Notes: a model not told the origin generated them from the sequence alone. A stretch of 64,000 nt of DNA from Candidatus Poribacteria bacterium (GCA_965198175.1 OZ240245.1:352001-416000); one strand, 5' to 3'. Positions 1 to 10,211 are shown, numbered from the stretch's first letter. Numbers and translations: made by a program.

Positions 1-2
1 CC

Positions 3-77
3 CTGCCTAACCAGTTGATTCAGGCAGCGGAAAACGGTATTGATGGGTTCCGTCGGGCCCTCGCGGAGGTCACATAA
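3..77 (+). CDS. 3' end of a CDS entering the window (LPNQLIQAAENGIDGFRRALAEVT*), product unknown
   Basis: Open frame from window edge to TAA at 75-77, followed by an AT-rich intergenic stretch. Confidence 0.45.
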   Translation: MPNQLIQAAENGIDGFRRALAEVT

Positions 78-141
78 CAAGGTTAACAAAATAGTAGAGC
101 AAAAAATCAATAATTTTCAACTGTGCGAATTTACGAATTCG

Positions 142-150
142 TGGTATAAT
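142..150 (+). promoter_or_regulatory. Extended -10 promoter element (TGgTATAAT)
   Basis: TGGTATAAT about 95 nt upstream of the dehydrogenase start. Confidence 0.55.
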
Positions 151-245
151 CTATGGAGCGTGTGAGTTCTTGTGCAAATGATGAAAGTGAGAACAAAACG
201 AGCTTTGTTTCCTGATAGTATCTACTCCTCGTGATAGGAGTTTAT

Positions 246-1211
246 GTGAAAGTTGCTCAAATTGTTGCGCCGCGTCAATTTGAAATCACCGACATAGACG
301 TACCCGACATTTCCCCTGAACCCGGAGGGGCAGTGCTTATTAAATCCCATCTTAGCGCAATCTGCGGTACGGATATGCCATATTTTGCCCAAGAACACCC
401 GGCATCCGATTATCCATTTGCGCCGGGGCTGTCCATGCATGAGTGCATCGGTGTGATTGCCGCAAGTAAATCGGATCGCTTCAAGGAGGGCGACGCCGTG
501 CTTGCTCTACCGCATGAGATGCGTGGACTCTCAGAATACTTCCTGTCGCATGAAGATTTGACCACCCCCCTACCAAAATTCGATCGTGACGATTGCATTT
601 TAATGTCGCAACCGCTCGGCACTGTCATCTGGGCATGTCGGAAGTTAGGCAATTTACTGCATCAGGAGGTTGTGATTGTGGGCCAGGGACCAATGGGATT
701 GCTCATGGCGCATATGTTGAGTAATCTCGGCGCGAAAAAAATTTTTGGGACTGATTTGCTCGATTATCGCCTTGCGGTCTCAAAACAGATGCGTGCCACG
801 CACACAATCAACGCAAGCAAAGAAGATGCGGTTGCCCGAGTTGCGGAGTTGACAGATGGCAGGATGGCAGACCTTGTAGTCGAAGCGGTGGGACACCAGA
901 CGGAGACAATCAATAAGTGTCTGGATCTCGTGAAGCAAGGCGGGACAATCCTTGCGTTTGGTGTGCCTGATGACGACATCTACGATTTTCATTTTGGCGA
1001 CTTTTTCAGGAAAAATGTTCGTTTCATTGCATCGGTTGGGCCGGATGTCCAAAAGGATTTCCCGCTGGCAATGGATATAATCTCACAAGGACGGATCGAT
1101 GTTTCCCCGATTATCACACACCATCTTCCGTTTACTGAAGCGCAGCGGGCGTTTGAACTGTCGTTATATAAAAAAGATGGCGCAATCAAGATCGCCCTTG
1201 AATATGATTAA
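246..1211 (+). CDS. Zinc-dependent (MDR family) alcohol/sugar dehydrogenase
   Basis: ICGTD and MHE catalytic Zn motifs; GQGPMG Rossmann motif; AGGAG RBS before GTG at 246. Confidence 0.9.
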   Translation: MKVAQIVAPRQFEITDIDVPDISPEPGGAVLIKSHLSAICGTDMPYFAQEHPASDYPFAPGLSMHECIGVIAASKSDRFKEGDAVLALPHEMRGLSEYFLSHEDLTTPLPKFDRDDCILMSQPLGTVIWACRKLGNLLHQEVVIVGQGPMGLLMAHMLSNLGAKKIFGTDLLDYRLAVSKQMRATHTINASKEDAVARVAELTDGRMADLVVEAVGHQTETINKCLDLVKQGGTILAFGVPDDDIYDFHFGDFFRKNVRFIASVGPDVQKDFPLAMDIISQGRIDVSPIITHHLPFTEAQRAFELSLYKKDGAIKIALEYD

Positions 1212-1266
1212 CGCAGCTGATATACAAAGAAGGGAGGAAGAGTCGGCCGGAAGTGGAGAGGCAAAC

Positions 1267-2334
1267 CTAAATCAGTGCTCCTGGTTCCAGCGGCAAGTGG
1301 ACGATTCTCCCTTCGCGACTGGATTGATAGATGGCAAGGATAATCTCAATCGCCTTTCGCCCCTCACGCCCATCAACAAGGTGTGGCGTATCGGTTTCGA
1401 TGCTGTAGATGAGATCCGCCATTTGATGTCGATGGTTAACATGGCTAATTGCACGTGGATCAGCTGCACCACCGTTTCCTGATTGCCTCTTTGAGAATTT
1501 TTGACGAATCTCGGCATCTCCAGGCAACTCCGGATCGAACTCCCACGTTGTAATATCTTCTTCTTCCAAAACGATAGTGCCGTTGCTACCGGAAATCTCA
1601 ATACGTTTCAAGAAACCGGGGTATACGGCAGTCGCACCTTCAATGGTTCCTAAGGCGCCGTTTTCAAAACGCAGAGCGGTAACTGCAACATCCTCGACCT
1701 CGATTCGGTCATGCGCCAGTGTATCCGTGAATGCTTGTACAGCTTTGACAGGTCCCATGAAGTATTGGAGAAGATCGATGGCATGGATGGACTGATTCAT
1801 TAACGCGCCACCGCCATCGAGTGCCCACGTGCCTCGCCATCCGCCACTGTCGTAATACGCTTGCGGACGGTACCACTTGATGTAAGCGTCGCCCAAAGTT
1901 AGTGTCCTGAACCGACCGGAATCGATTGTTTCCTTTAACAATTGACTTCCTTCGACAAATCGTGAGTTGAAGATTGCACATAAGCGCACGCCGGCTTCGT
2001 CACAAGCTTGGATGATTTGATCGCATCGCTCTAATGTGATTTCCAGGGGTTTTTCAACAATGACATGTTTGTGGGCCTTGGCGGTTGCGACTGCCGCCTC
2101 CAGATGGACACCGCTAGGCGTACAGACACACACGACGTCGAGGTCATCGCGCTTGAGCATTTCACGGTAGTCCGAATAGCTGTCTACATGATATGCATCT
2201 ACAAGTCGTCTGACGTTGTCGGAATTTCGGGAACTGACAGCGACTAATTTCCCATGCTCTAGCCCTGTGATTGCTGCGGCGTGGACATCCGCAACCATAC
2301 CACAGCCGATAATTCCAAACCCATAAGTTTTCAT
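1267..2334 (-). CDS. Gfo/Idh/MocA family oxidoreductase
   Basis: GIIGCG, VEKP, GGGALMNQSIHAID motifs. Confidence 0.93.
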   Translation of the reverse strand: MKTYGFGIIGCGMVADVHAAAITGLEHGKLVAVSSRNSDNVRRLVDAYHVDSYSDYREMLKRDDLDVVCVCTPSGVHLEAAVATAKAHKHVIVEKPLEITLERCDQIIQACDEAGVRLCAIFNSRFVEGSQLLKETIDSGRFRTLTLGDAYIKWYRPQAYYDSGGWRGTWALDGGGALMNQSIHAIDLLQYFMGPVKAVQAFTDTLAHDRIEVEDVAVTALRFENGALGTIEGATAVYPGFLKRIEISGSNGTIVLEEEDITTWEFDPELPGDAEIRQKFSKRQSGNGGAADPRAISHVNHRHQMADLIYSIETDTPHLVDGREGRKAIEIILAIYQSSREGRIVHLPLEPGALI

Positions 2335-2523
2335 GACTATGACCGCCTCAAGGCAAGTAACTCCCTCTACAGATTATACGGCAGCTTTTTAGAAACTCGC
2401 CAACGCTTACGAGGAGAACAAAGAGACCTATATAGTCATTCGGGTCTACCGCTATCAAACTCTGCCCTCTGTTCGGCGGCAAGACGGTAGTAAAATGATT
2501 GGAGGTATGCAGAATCGATTATC

Positions 2524-3099
2524 ATGAAGAACGTAATCATGGCTTTCTGCCTCATTGTGACGATTGGGTTTATTTGGATCTGGCACCATCAAATCCAGTT
2601 TAACGATCAGTCGCGCAAAGCGTTTTTTCATCTGAACAGTAGCGAATTAAACCAAGCAATTGATGCCTATACGAGCGCCATCAAGCATAAAAAGTATACC
2701 CTTTTTTTCTCAAAAGCACCGTCTCTATATAACAACCTCGGTCAAGCCTATCTAGGTACGGAACAATATGATGCGGCAGTCACGGCTTTCAAGCAGGCTC
2801 TCGAAATCAAGCCGGATGCAGTGGAAGTTTATATCAATCTAGCGACAGCTTACCTGAAGCAGAATTTGCCTCGTACAGCACTTGAGGCCTGTCAGCAGGC
2901 CATCCAGATTGCCCCTCGTTCTCCCCTCGCCCACTACAACTTGGCTTGTGCTTACGCGCTTACTGACGAAACTGAAGAAGCGATTAATTCCCTCAAGAGA
3001 GCGCTTAAGCTTGACAAGCAGATAAAAAAGTTCGCACACGAAGAAAAGGCATTTGATACGCTTCGGTCACACCCTCTGTTTCCAAAGTCCAGTCCCTAG
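2524..3099 (+). CDS. Membrane-anchored TPR repeat protein
   Basis: N-terminal hydrophobic segment; YNNLGQAY, YINLATAY, HYNLACAY TPR repeats; GGAGG upstream. Confidence 0.85.
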   Translation: MKNVIMAFCLIVTIGFIWIWHHQIQFNDQSRKAFFHLNSSELNQAIDAYTSAIKHKKYTLFFSKAPSLYNNLGQAYLGTEQYDAAVTAFKQALEIKPDAVEVYINLATAYLKQNLPRTALEACQQAIQIAPRSPLAHYNLACAYALTDETEEAINSLKRALKLDKQIKKFAHEEKAFDTLRSHPLFPKSSP

Positions 3100-3285
3100 T
3101 CAACAAGCATCCTGACGTCCGTTGAAAAGAAAGTTAAGACTTTTTGTGGGGAACCTAATCCCCTGGGTCGAAGGCGTATTACACATGCTGCGGCAGTGGA
3201 TAGATACAGACGTGTTACTCGTCCGCTGGACCGGGTAAGGCGATAGTGCTGGCGTTATAATGCGCAACCATACGAACGTCGAGGC

Positions 3286-3987
3286 TCACTTTGTTAACTT
3301 GCTTCCATACTGACGAGACAAAGCTTCCAACCCAATTTCACCTTTCGCGGCGACAGTTTCAATCCGTCCATCCAGCAGAAAAAGAAAGCGGGAACCGGCA
3401 AGGTATCCTAATTCTGTATCGTGGGTTGTAAGGAGAACACCTTTACCACGTACGCGTTCTTTCTCAATCAGCTTGAGCGCAATCTGCTTTGCTGCAACAT
3501 CGAGTCCCGAAAACGGTTCATCGAGAAGGAGAATCGCCGCATCATGGATAATGGCTTTGGCAATCATAAACCGCTGCATCATGCCACGTGAAAAAATCCG
3601 GACAGGTTCATGGGCAAAGGAGGTGAGTTCAACATCGGCGAGGACATCAGAAATCCGCCCTTCCAAGTCATCAATCTCATAAATCCGTCCGAAAAACTTG
3701 AGGTTTTCATACGGACTTAATTCGAGATAAGCGAGTGGTTCGTGGAGAACCAGCCCTAACAATCGACGAACGCGCAGGGGTTCAGCAAGTGCATCTACGT
3801 TGCCAATCTGGAGACTGCCAGTGGTGGGTTTGATCAAAGTGGAGAGAATTTTAACGAGTGTTGTTTTGCCCGAACCGTTTGGTCCAAAAATCGCAACTAC
3901 TTCGTCAGGCTGCACGACAAGATTCACACCGTTCAAGATGTTCCGATGACCATAGCATTTCGTGATTTGGGTTGCTTGCAAAAGCAT
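3286..3987 (-). CDS. ABC transporter ATP-binding protein, CcmA-like
   Basis: GPNGSGKT Walker A, FSRGM signature, LLLDEP Walker B. Confidence 0.85.
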   Translation of the reverse strand: MLLQATQITKCYGHRNILNGVNLVVQPDEVVAIFGPNGSGKTTLVKILSTLIKPTTGSLQIGNVDALAEPLRVRRLLGLVLHEPLAYLELSPYENLKFFGRIYEIDDLEGRISDVLADVELTSFAHEPVRIFSRGMMQRFMIAKAIIHDAAILLLDEPFSGLDVAAKQIALKLIEKERVRGKGVLLTTHDTELGYLAGSRFLFLLDGRIETVAAKGEIGLEALSRQYGSKLTK

Positions 3988-4048
3988 CGTAGGAACATAT
4001 TCGGATAGGATCAGAATATGATTAACCCCATTGGGATTAACTTAAGTA

Positions 4049-5452
4049 TTAGGACAAATCACGCATTGAGCGTCGGCGCTCTTCTTTCACTTGTTGCTGA
4101 TATTCCTCATCACTTGTTCGTTGCCACGCGGTTGGTACCCGTGATGTATATTGCGCCACCTCACTTTTCCGCTTGGAGACCCGAAAATACTCAAACCGCG
4201 TGAGGGTAGGAGGTATATTGCCCGGACAGAGCGCATGCAAACCAACCTGAACAGGGTCGCCCATGCTGACATGTGTTTTTCCACAGCTTTGCCAGCTGGC
4301 TCCATCAGAACTCGCGAATCCAGACAAGAGATTGCCTGTGCGCTCAAGCCGAAGGAAGAGTGCCCGTCCTCGATTATGACTCGCCGACACGCCTATCAAT
4401 CCCGTACCGCGACTAACAAGGGAGTAGACGCGATTCACATGCCGTTCAAAACGAACATCTCCTCTGAAAGCGTGGGGTGCAGAGGTTTTCTCCAACCTAA
4501 CAAAGGCATGCGGCCCCTTCCACACAATGAGGCCCCCGTGCTCTCTCTGCTCAGGGGTAATGCGGATTCGGCACTCAATGGCAAAATCGCCGGACACCTC
4601 CATGAACAGACGTGGAGCATCCATGTTGCCACCTTGCCCCGGTGGGCTACCGTGCCAGAGATCTTGGCCGGGCTGAACATGCATTTCTAGATAGCCCTGG
4701 CTCTCTGACCAGGAACCGCCCCCATGAGGATCCTCCCATTTCCATTCGGGGCGCATCTGGTTACCGATAAATTCATCTTCAAAGACAAGCTCTGGAAATT
4801 CGTTGGATGAAGACCATCCCTCAATCTTGATTGAAGAGATTGTATCTCCGAAGTTTTGAGGTAACACATGGAGATTCGGAATTTCCTTTTTATAATCCAT
4901 AGGTTCCATCTGGATGCGTAACTGAGCACCTTCGAAGTTTGTATGTTGAAAGAGTATCACCTCGGCACCACTAGGTGGAAAATCCGGCCCTTTGAAGATG
5001 CGAACAGAAGATACTGCATCGTGAAGTCCTTGTTCCCAGTGAACAATATCACGTAAAACCGTGATTTTCTGACCCTGGAATTCTACATGCTCATAGCATT
5101 CGACAATCAGGGGAATTGTTCCCCATTCGGGACCAACCGTTTGCAACACCGACCCGAAGCTAATTGAGGAGACGATATCTCCGAAATCGTAAGCCATGTC
5201 ATGCAAATTGGCATAAAACCCCGGTCCAAGTGGCAGCCTTCGTCCTTTGAAGTCGGGGTGTTCATGTAGAATGGCTTTATAATTTGGACTTGATGCAAAA
5301 TTGGACCCCTTATAGACTTTGACCGAGGAGATGTTATCTCGAAACCCAATATCTCCTGTTGACCGGACCGGCTCAATCACAAATCCCCCTCTGCCCTGGA
5401 AGTCATGGTGTTGGAATACCTCAACGACGAGGCGCGGTATAACGACTGGCAT
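4049..5452 (-). CDS. Betagamma-crystallin domains fused to a ConA-like (DUF1349-type) domain
   Basis: Four Greek-key repeats (F/Y/H-x-H-x-x-F-x-G ... D-x-I/V-S-S); C-terminal DLW...APRL...GDF...LRLERTG...VGL ConA-like pattern. Confidence 0.75.
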   Translation of the reverse strand: MPVVIPRLVVEVFQHHDFQGRGGFVIEPVRSTGDIGFRDNISSVKVYKGSNFASSPNYKAILHEHPDFKGRRLPLGPGFYANLHDMAYDFGDIVSSISFGSVLQTVGPEWGTIPLIVECYEHVEFQGQKITVLRDIVHWEQGLHDAVSSVRIFKGPDFPPSGAEVILFQHTNFEGAQLRIQMEPMDYKKEIPNLHVLPQNFGDTISSIKIEGWSSSNEFPELVFEDEFIGNQMRPEWKWEDPHGGGSWSESQGYLEMHVQPGQDLWHGSPPGQGGNMDAPRLFMEVSGDFAIECRIRITPEQREHGGLIVWKGPHAFVRLEKTSAPHAFRGDVRFERHVNRVYSLVSRGTGLIGVSASHNRGRALFLRLERTGNLLSGFASSDGASWQSCGKTHVSMGDPVQVGLHALCPGNIPPTLTRFEYFRVSKRKSEVAQYTSRVPTAWQRTSDEEYQQQVKEERRRSMRDLS

Positions 5453-5674
5453 TTTTTCCCTCGTGAATTAAGATTTCTCGAATTGAAGAATTTAAGTAGT
5501 TATCATCCGACCGTGATAGAATCTAACTGCTCCTCCCTTTTCTCTACGAGGGGGAGTATTCGTACTTCTCTGTAATTGCCGCTTGAATTGCTTTCCTCTT
5601 TCCGATTCTCGGGTCGGGAAGTTAGGGAAAGGTTTGGAAGCACCGCTCAACGAAAACGTCGCATCATCTTAAAG

Positions 5675-6499
5675 CTACGACGTATAACGTTCCAATCGGT
5701 GCTTACATTCTCGTGCAATCGCCCACGGATCCCATTCCCAGTGCCTGGGGCTAACAAGCTCACAAGACCATATCCCATCAAACCCTGTGGAGTGCACTGC
5801 ACCAACCCATTCCTCGATCGGAATCTCACCGTCTCCAGAGAGGAATCCTCTGAGCTCCGCTTCATTCCATGGAGTACCTGCTTTGTGTGCGACTCCATCG
5901 CAGAAATGAACCGAGTAAATCATTGCTCTATCCAACTTCGCCACCTCATCTGGCGTCGTTTCTCCTCCCGCGTAGAGATGCCAGAAGTCGATTACCATCG
6001 CCACGTTATCCCGGCCAGCCTCCTCAATCACATGTAGACTCTGGGAGAGGGAGTGAATAGGTGCCCAAGCGATGGGCTCAAACTGGAACCTAACTCCGTG
6101 TTGCTTCCCAATATCCGCAATATCGGCTACGTTCCTGGCAGTAAGCTTCAATATCTCTTTCCACGGCCTCCCTTCGAGACGACAGAAGGCTACGATTTGA
6201 ATGGTTGGGCATTGGATGATTGCAGCAGCAACGCAGAGTCGTTCAACTTCGGCGAGCAGTTGATCGCGCTCCGAACCGTCCACACGATCAATGTCTCTCA
6301 CCGAATTTATCATAACAGGCCGGATGCCGTTGGCCTCAAAGATTGGGATTAATTCCTCAGCTTTAAATCCCTGGTCTAGATAACGAAGCAGCTTGCCTAC
6401 TTCAATCTCCAACGCCTCGTGGTTAGTCTCAAAGGCAATCCGGATATCAGTAATGAGATTGCAGTGCATTGTGGACACACCATGCAACGCAAAGATCAT
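5675..6499 (-). CDS. Sugar phosphate isomerase/epimerase (xylose isomerase-like TIM barrel)
   Basis: FQFEP, IDFWH, VHFCD, SCE metal-binding motifs. Confidence 0.88.
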   Translation of the reverse strand: MIFALHGVSTMHCNLITDIRIAFETNHEALEIEVGKLLRYLDQGFKAEELIPIFEANGIRPVMINSVRDIDRVDGSERDQLLAEVERLCVAAAIIQCPTIQIVAFCRLEGRPWKEILKLTARNVADIADIGKQHGVRFQFEPIAWAPIHSLSQSLHVIEEAGRDNVAMVIDFWHLYAGGETTPDEVAKLDRAMIYSVHFCDGVAHKAGTPWNEAELRGFLSGDGEIPIEEWVGAVHSTGFDGIWSCELVSPRHWEWDPWAIARECKHRLERYTS

Positions 6500-6877
6500 T
6501 TATCTCTCCAGTATAAATTCGCACCCAAGCCCATAGGTAGCCGAATCATCCATCATCAGCGCCATATTGGGAAAACTGATGATGCGCCAGCCATCGCGCA
6601 CTGCCTCAATGACAGATTGATATGGCCAATCAGTTCGGTCAGACGGCAGTGGGATCCGCCTCCCATTCGTATAGAGCGACATCCCCAAAACGGGTGATTC
6701 AAGTGCTGTACCTGTCGCTTGAATATAAAGAATGTCCTGAACCTTTGGGCGGGCTTCATCCAGCGCGTCAATGACTGTCTGCAGGTCATCCAGCATCAAA
6801 CTGCCTTGCGCCAATTTGTTACGACACTGCTCAAGCTGGTTTCGGATTCGGGTGAGATGCACTGTTGGGACCGCCAT
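6500..6877 (-). CDS. Small hypothetical protein, paralog of 7859-8218
   Basis: Shares WPY.S.IEA.RDGWRI..FPN.AL.MD.S.TYGLGCEFILE with its paralog; stop abuts the next ATG. Confidence 0.85.
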   Translation of the reverse strand: MAVPTVHLTRIRNQLEQCRNKLAQGSLMLDDLQTVIDALDEARPKVQDILYIQATGTALESPVLGMSLYTNGRRIPLPSDRTDWPYQSVIEAVRDGWRIISFPNMALMMDDSATYGLGCEFILER

Positions 6878-6963
6878 GGATTGTCTTAATTGATGATGGG
6901 TTGGTCAATCAATATCATCGGATGGGGACCCTTATAACACCTAACCCATACAATTCGTACATG

Positions 6964-7803
6964 CTAAGCTAAGTCGGCGGGTAAACCAGGACAGAATCCT
7001 TTCGCTTGTGCCGCGGTTGCTGTTGCGGGCCAAGCGAGTCCGCCAATCCACTCGTAGTTATCCAGTTCCCCGCGCAGCCATAGGTACATCCGTGCTGCAT
7101 CATGGCAGACGCGCGACCAATCACGGCGGGGTTCTGGTGAACCCGTTGCGAAGTCTGCGTTCTCTAATCTGAAAGCCGGATCGATCACCCAGTCGCGCGT
7201 CGGCGCGGCGGTACGCCAATAGGTGTATTTAATCAGATTTCGAATACCTGCGGCTGTGGCAGTAGAAGCACGGTGCCAGATAGAATAGACGGTGATAAAA
7301 ATAGAACCGGCCGGTGCAGCAGTCTTGTGAGCGTCAGCGATTGCATCAAGGTGTCTCATAAAATGGGATGGCATGGACAGATAGTGGGAGCCGGGCAACA
7401 ATTCGGTTGGTCCCATCTCAAGAGGCGTCGCTTGAGGGTAGTAAAACAACTGCAGGTAATTGACCTTCGGCACCTGTTGCGAACCGTCGTCACGATGCCA
7501 ACCGCCGTTGATCGTTCTAGGGCAATGGACGCGATGGTTGCTGATAGAGAGCGGCAGCCCAAAATCACGACCAAGAAGAGATCTCACAGCACCCGCCGCC
7601 GGTGCGTTGCACAAAACTTGATCGACAAACCATGCTTCTATCAGGAAGCCGTTAGGGATACCTCCAGGATGCGCATCGCAGTACGCTATGACTCGCTTGT
7701 TAATCTCATCGGGTACCACTTCCTCCAACATGAGGTATCCGTACTTACAAAACTCAATTATCTGTTGGTCCGTAAGCGTCGGTTCGCAGTCATAGCTTTG
7801 CAT
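6964..7803 (-). CDS. Phytanoyl-CoA dioxygenase (PhyH) family Fe(II)/2OG oxygenase
   Basis: WHRD (HxD), GPT...PGSH, distal WHRA, C-terminal R. Confidence 0.9.
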   Translation of the reverse strand: MQSYDCEPTLTDQQIIEFCKYGYLMLEEVVPDEINKRVIAYCDAHPGGIPNGFLIEAWFVDQVLCNAPAAGAVRSLLGRDFGLPLSISNHRVHCPRTINGGWHRDDGSQQVPKVNYLQLFYYPQATPLEMGPTELLPGSHYLSMPSHFMRHLDAIADAHKTAAPAGSIFITVYSIWHRASTATAAGIRNLIKYTYWRTAAPTRDWVIDPAFRLENADFATGSPEPRRDWSRVCHDAARMYLWLRGELDNYEWIGGLAWPATATAAQAKGFCPGLPADLA

Positions 7804-7858
7804 CTGATATCCATCATGAGGAGCGATCGTCCCAATACCTAATCCCGGTCAATCCAGT

Positions 7859-8218
7859 TTACTCCCATTTTTCTAGGATAAATTCGCACCCAAGTCCATA
7901 GGTACGTGATTCATCCATCAACAACGCCAAGTTGGGAAATTCAACTATCCGCCAACCATCCCGCATCGCCTCAATCGGGGAACTATATGGCCAATTGTCT
8001 TGATCCGGCGGTTCAGTAATCTGACCATCCACAACCATAGTACAACCGTGGGCGCCTGACCCGACGGAAGTCCCGCCGGTTTGAAGATAGAGCAAATTTT
8101 GGCGTTTGGGTTTCGTCTCATCAAGCGCATCAAGAACCGCGCGCAGGTCTGCTTCGGTAAGCCCACCCTGTCTAAGCGCCTCAATGCATTGTTCAATTTG
8201 CTGTTTTATCTCTTGCAT
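7859..8218 (-). CDS. Small hypothetical protein, paralog of 6500-6877
   Basis: GGAGG RBS; strong similarity to 6500-6877. Confidence 0.88.
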   Translation of the reverse strand: MQEIKQQIEQCIEALRQGGLTEADLRAVLDALDETKPKRQNLLYLQTGGTSVGSGAHGCTMVVDGQITEPPDQDNWPYSSPIEAMRDGWRIVEFPNLALLMDESRTYGLGCEFILEKWE

Positions 8219-8367
8219 AAAGTAATTCCTCCAATTTGACTTTTACCTCATCAATACACTCGATTCAGCGAATGTTCAATATAAAATCCCATCAGTATCG
8301 CATTAGCCATGAGTTAAAATGAGACCAGACCTCCATTGTCTCAAGCACTTCAGAAGTCTAGATTAGG

Positions 8368-9186
8368 TTACCATTGTGGCGGTCCAGATGGAAACCCATA
8401 TGATTTATGAATCTGGCTCGCTTGTGAACCCGAATAGGGCCATGATTGACCACCCATTGTGCGAAATTCGTCCGCTTTGCCGCATAGCCAGTAGAGCTTA
8501 CGCGCTACGAGCTTGGCAGTCCCATGCCCACCATAGTTCGCCGTGTGCAAGTCAAAGTCTGGCTCGATAATCCAATCCCGCTGGGGTGGCACTGTTCGCC
8601 AGTAACTCCACTTCAACATATTACGCATCCCCTCGGCGGTTGACTCACTCTTGCGGTGTAGAATTGAATACATCGTGATGAAAACAGTACCCGCAGAGGA
8701 GTCCATCAGGCGTCCTCCGCGCCATTCTATGCCTTGACCTGTAGGGGCTAAATGTGAACCAAGCAATATTTCAGTCGGTCCCATCTCTGGCGTAACGTCC
8801 TGCGGATAATAGAACACCTGTAGATAATTTACTTCGGGATCGAATACCGAGTCGCCATCGTGATGCCACCCCTGTGCTGGAGCAGGACACTTGGCTCGAT
8901 GATTACTCATGAGCACCGGCATACCGACGTTTCTGCCAAGTATTGACCTCACAGCACCTGCTACCTGCGAATGAAGCAGCACATTTTCGAGAAACCAATC
9001 CTCAAGCATGATTGTGCTTGGTTCTCCGGTCGGATGTCCGTCTAGGTATGCATATGTTTGCTGATTAATTTTGTCTGGAACGACACCTTCCAGCACGATG
9101 GCGCCGTGCTTACAGAACTCTAACACCTGGGTGTCCGTCAGTGTAGGATTACAATCAAAAGTTCTGCTCTCTTTATCTAGCTTCAT
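8368..9186 (-). CDS. PhyH family Fe(II)/2OG oxygenase
   Basis: WHHD, GPT...GSH, LHRK; GGAGG RBS. Confidence 0.9.
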   Translation of the reverse strand: MKLDKESRTFDCNPTLTDTQVLEFCKHGAIVLEGVVPDKINQQTYAYLDGHPTGEPSTIMLEDWFLENVLLHSQVAGAVRSILGRNVGMPVLMSNHRAKCPAPAQGWHHDGDSVFDPEVNYLQVFYYPQDVTPEMGPTEILLGSHLAPTGQGIEWRGGRLMDSSAGTVFITMYSILHRKSESTAEGMRNMLKWSYWRTVPPQRDWIIEPDFDLHTANYGGHGTAKLVARKLYWLCGKADEFRTMGGQSWPYSGSQASQIHKSYGFPSGPPQW

Positions 9187-9266
9187 TGTGGACTTACCTC
9201 CAATTCTCTATGATAAACTCATACCTAAGGTTCTCGTGGACGCCATTCATCTGTCAGCCTCACGCC

Positions 9267-10157
9267 CTAATTTGTCCCTTTATTGGGTATTGGGCTTATC
9301 GGAAATCTGTAGAACCCTTGGGGCGGATATATCTGTGCCCAGGGTCGAGGCGGCGGGTAACCCATAGGCCAATCTGCACCGCCCAACAAATCTTGGAGTA
9401 TACTCATATCCCCACACAACCAGCAAAACATCGCCGCGGCGTCATACCAATCTCGGAATTGCTGCCGGGGGATGTCGCCGAAGCTATATTGAGCCATAGC
9501 GAAATCAAAGTCCGGTTCGGCGATCCAATCCCGCTGGGGTGGCACCGTTCGCCAGTAGCAGTATTTCAACATATTGCGGAGGCCATGCGCAGTGGACTCA
9601 GAACGACGATGCCAGATGGGGTAAGCTGTTATGAAAATAGTACCAGCCGGTGAAGCCATGCGAAGTCCCGATCGAATGTTGCCGTAGTGTTCCATCCAAC
9701 TCTGCAAGCAAAAGAGGAAATGGGAGCCTGGTACAATCTCCGTAGGACCAAGCTCTACAGGGGTATCCTGTGGGTAATAAAATACCTGCAAATGATTTGT
9801 TTCCGAGCCATAGCGTGAACCGCCATCCCGGTGCCAGCCCTGCGCCGGTGCCGGACATTGCAGCCGATGATTAGCCACTCCGACCGGAAAACCAAAGTCC
9901 TCGCCTAGAAGCGACCGTACTGCACCTGCCGCCTGCGGATTGAGAAGCACGTTCTCAATGAACCAATCCTCCTGTCGAAGAGGTTCCTGTCCATGCTTTT
10001 CAATGAATTCAGAAACTCTCCGGTTGATTTCGTTCGGAACGACACCTTCGTACACCAGGTAACCCTGTTTGCAAAATTCGACAACTTGTGTGTCATTCAG
10101 TGTAGGTTCACAGTTAGCTGTTTGTAATTTCTTCTTCCCAATTTTCACCTGTTGCAT
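9267..10157 (-). CDS. PhyH family Fe(II)/2OG oxygenase
   Basis: WHRD, GPT...PGSH, WHRR; start placed at ATG 10157 after GGAG. Confidence 0.88.
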   Translation of the reverse strand: MQQVKIGKKKLQTANCEPTLNDTQVVEFCKQGYLVYEGVVPNEINRRVSEFIEKHGQEPLRQEDWFIENVLLNPQAAGAVRSLLGEDFGFPVGVANHRLQCPAPAQGWHRDGGSRYGSETNHLQVFYYPQDTPVELGPTEIVPGSHFLFCLQSWMEHYGNIRSGLRMASPAGTIFITAYPIWHRRSESTAHGLRNMLKYCYWRTVPPQRDWIAEPDFDFAMAQYSFGDIPRQQFRDWYDAAAMFCWLCGDMSILQDLLGGADWPMGYPPPRPWAQIYPPQGFYRFPISPIPNKGTN

Positions 10158-10211
10158 TACTAGCATTCTCCATCTCAAACGGGAAAAGTTCTCACACAAC
10201 TCAAATGCGGT

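Noticed and set aside
3210..3228. Minus-strand AGCGGACGAGTAACACGT resembling a 16S rRNA segment
   Set aside because: Short gapped match with no flanking rRNA similarity
5530..5632. Two purine/pyrimidine-rich imperfect hairpins (similar tract at about 31380-31438)
   Set aside because: Too degenerate to define a repeat family or terminator from this window alone
6964..10157. PhyH paralogs as halogenases
   Set aside because: All retain Asp in HxD; halogenases have Ala or Gly there
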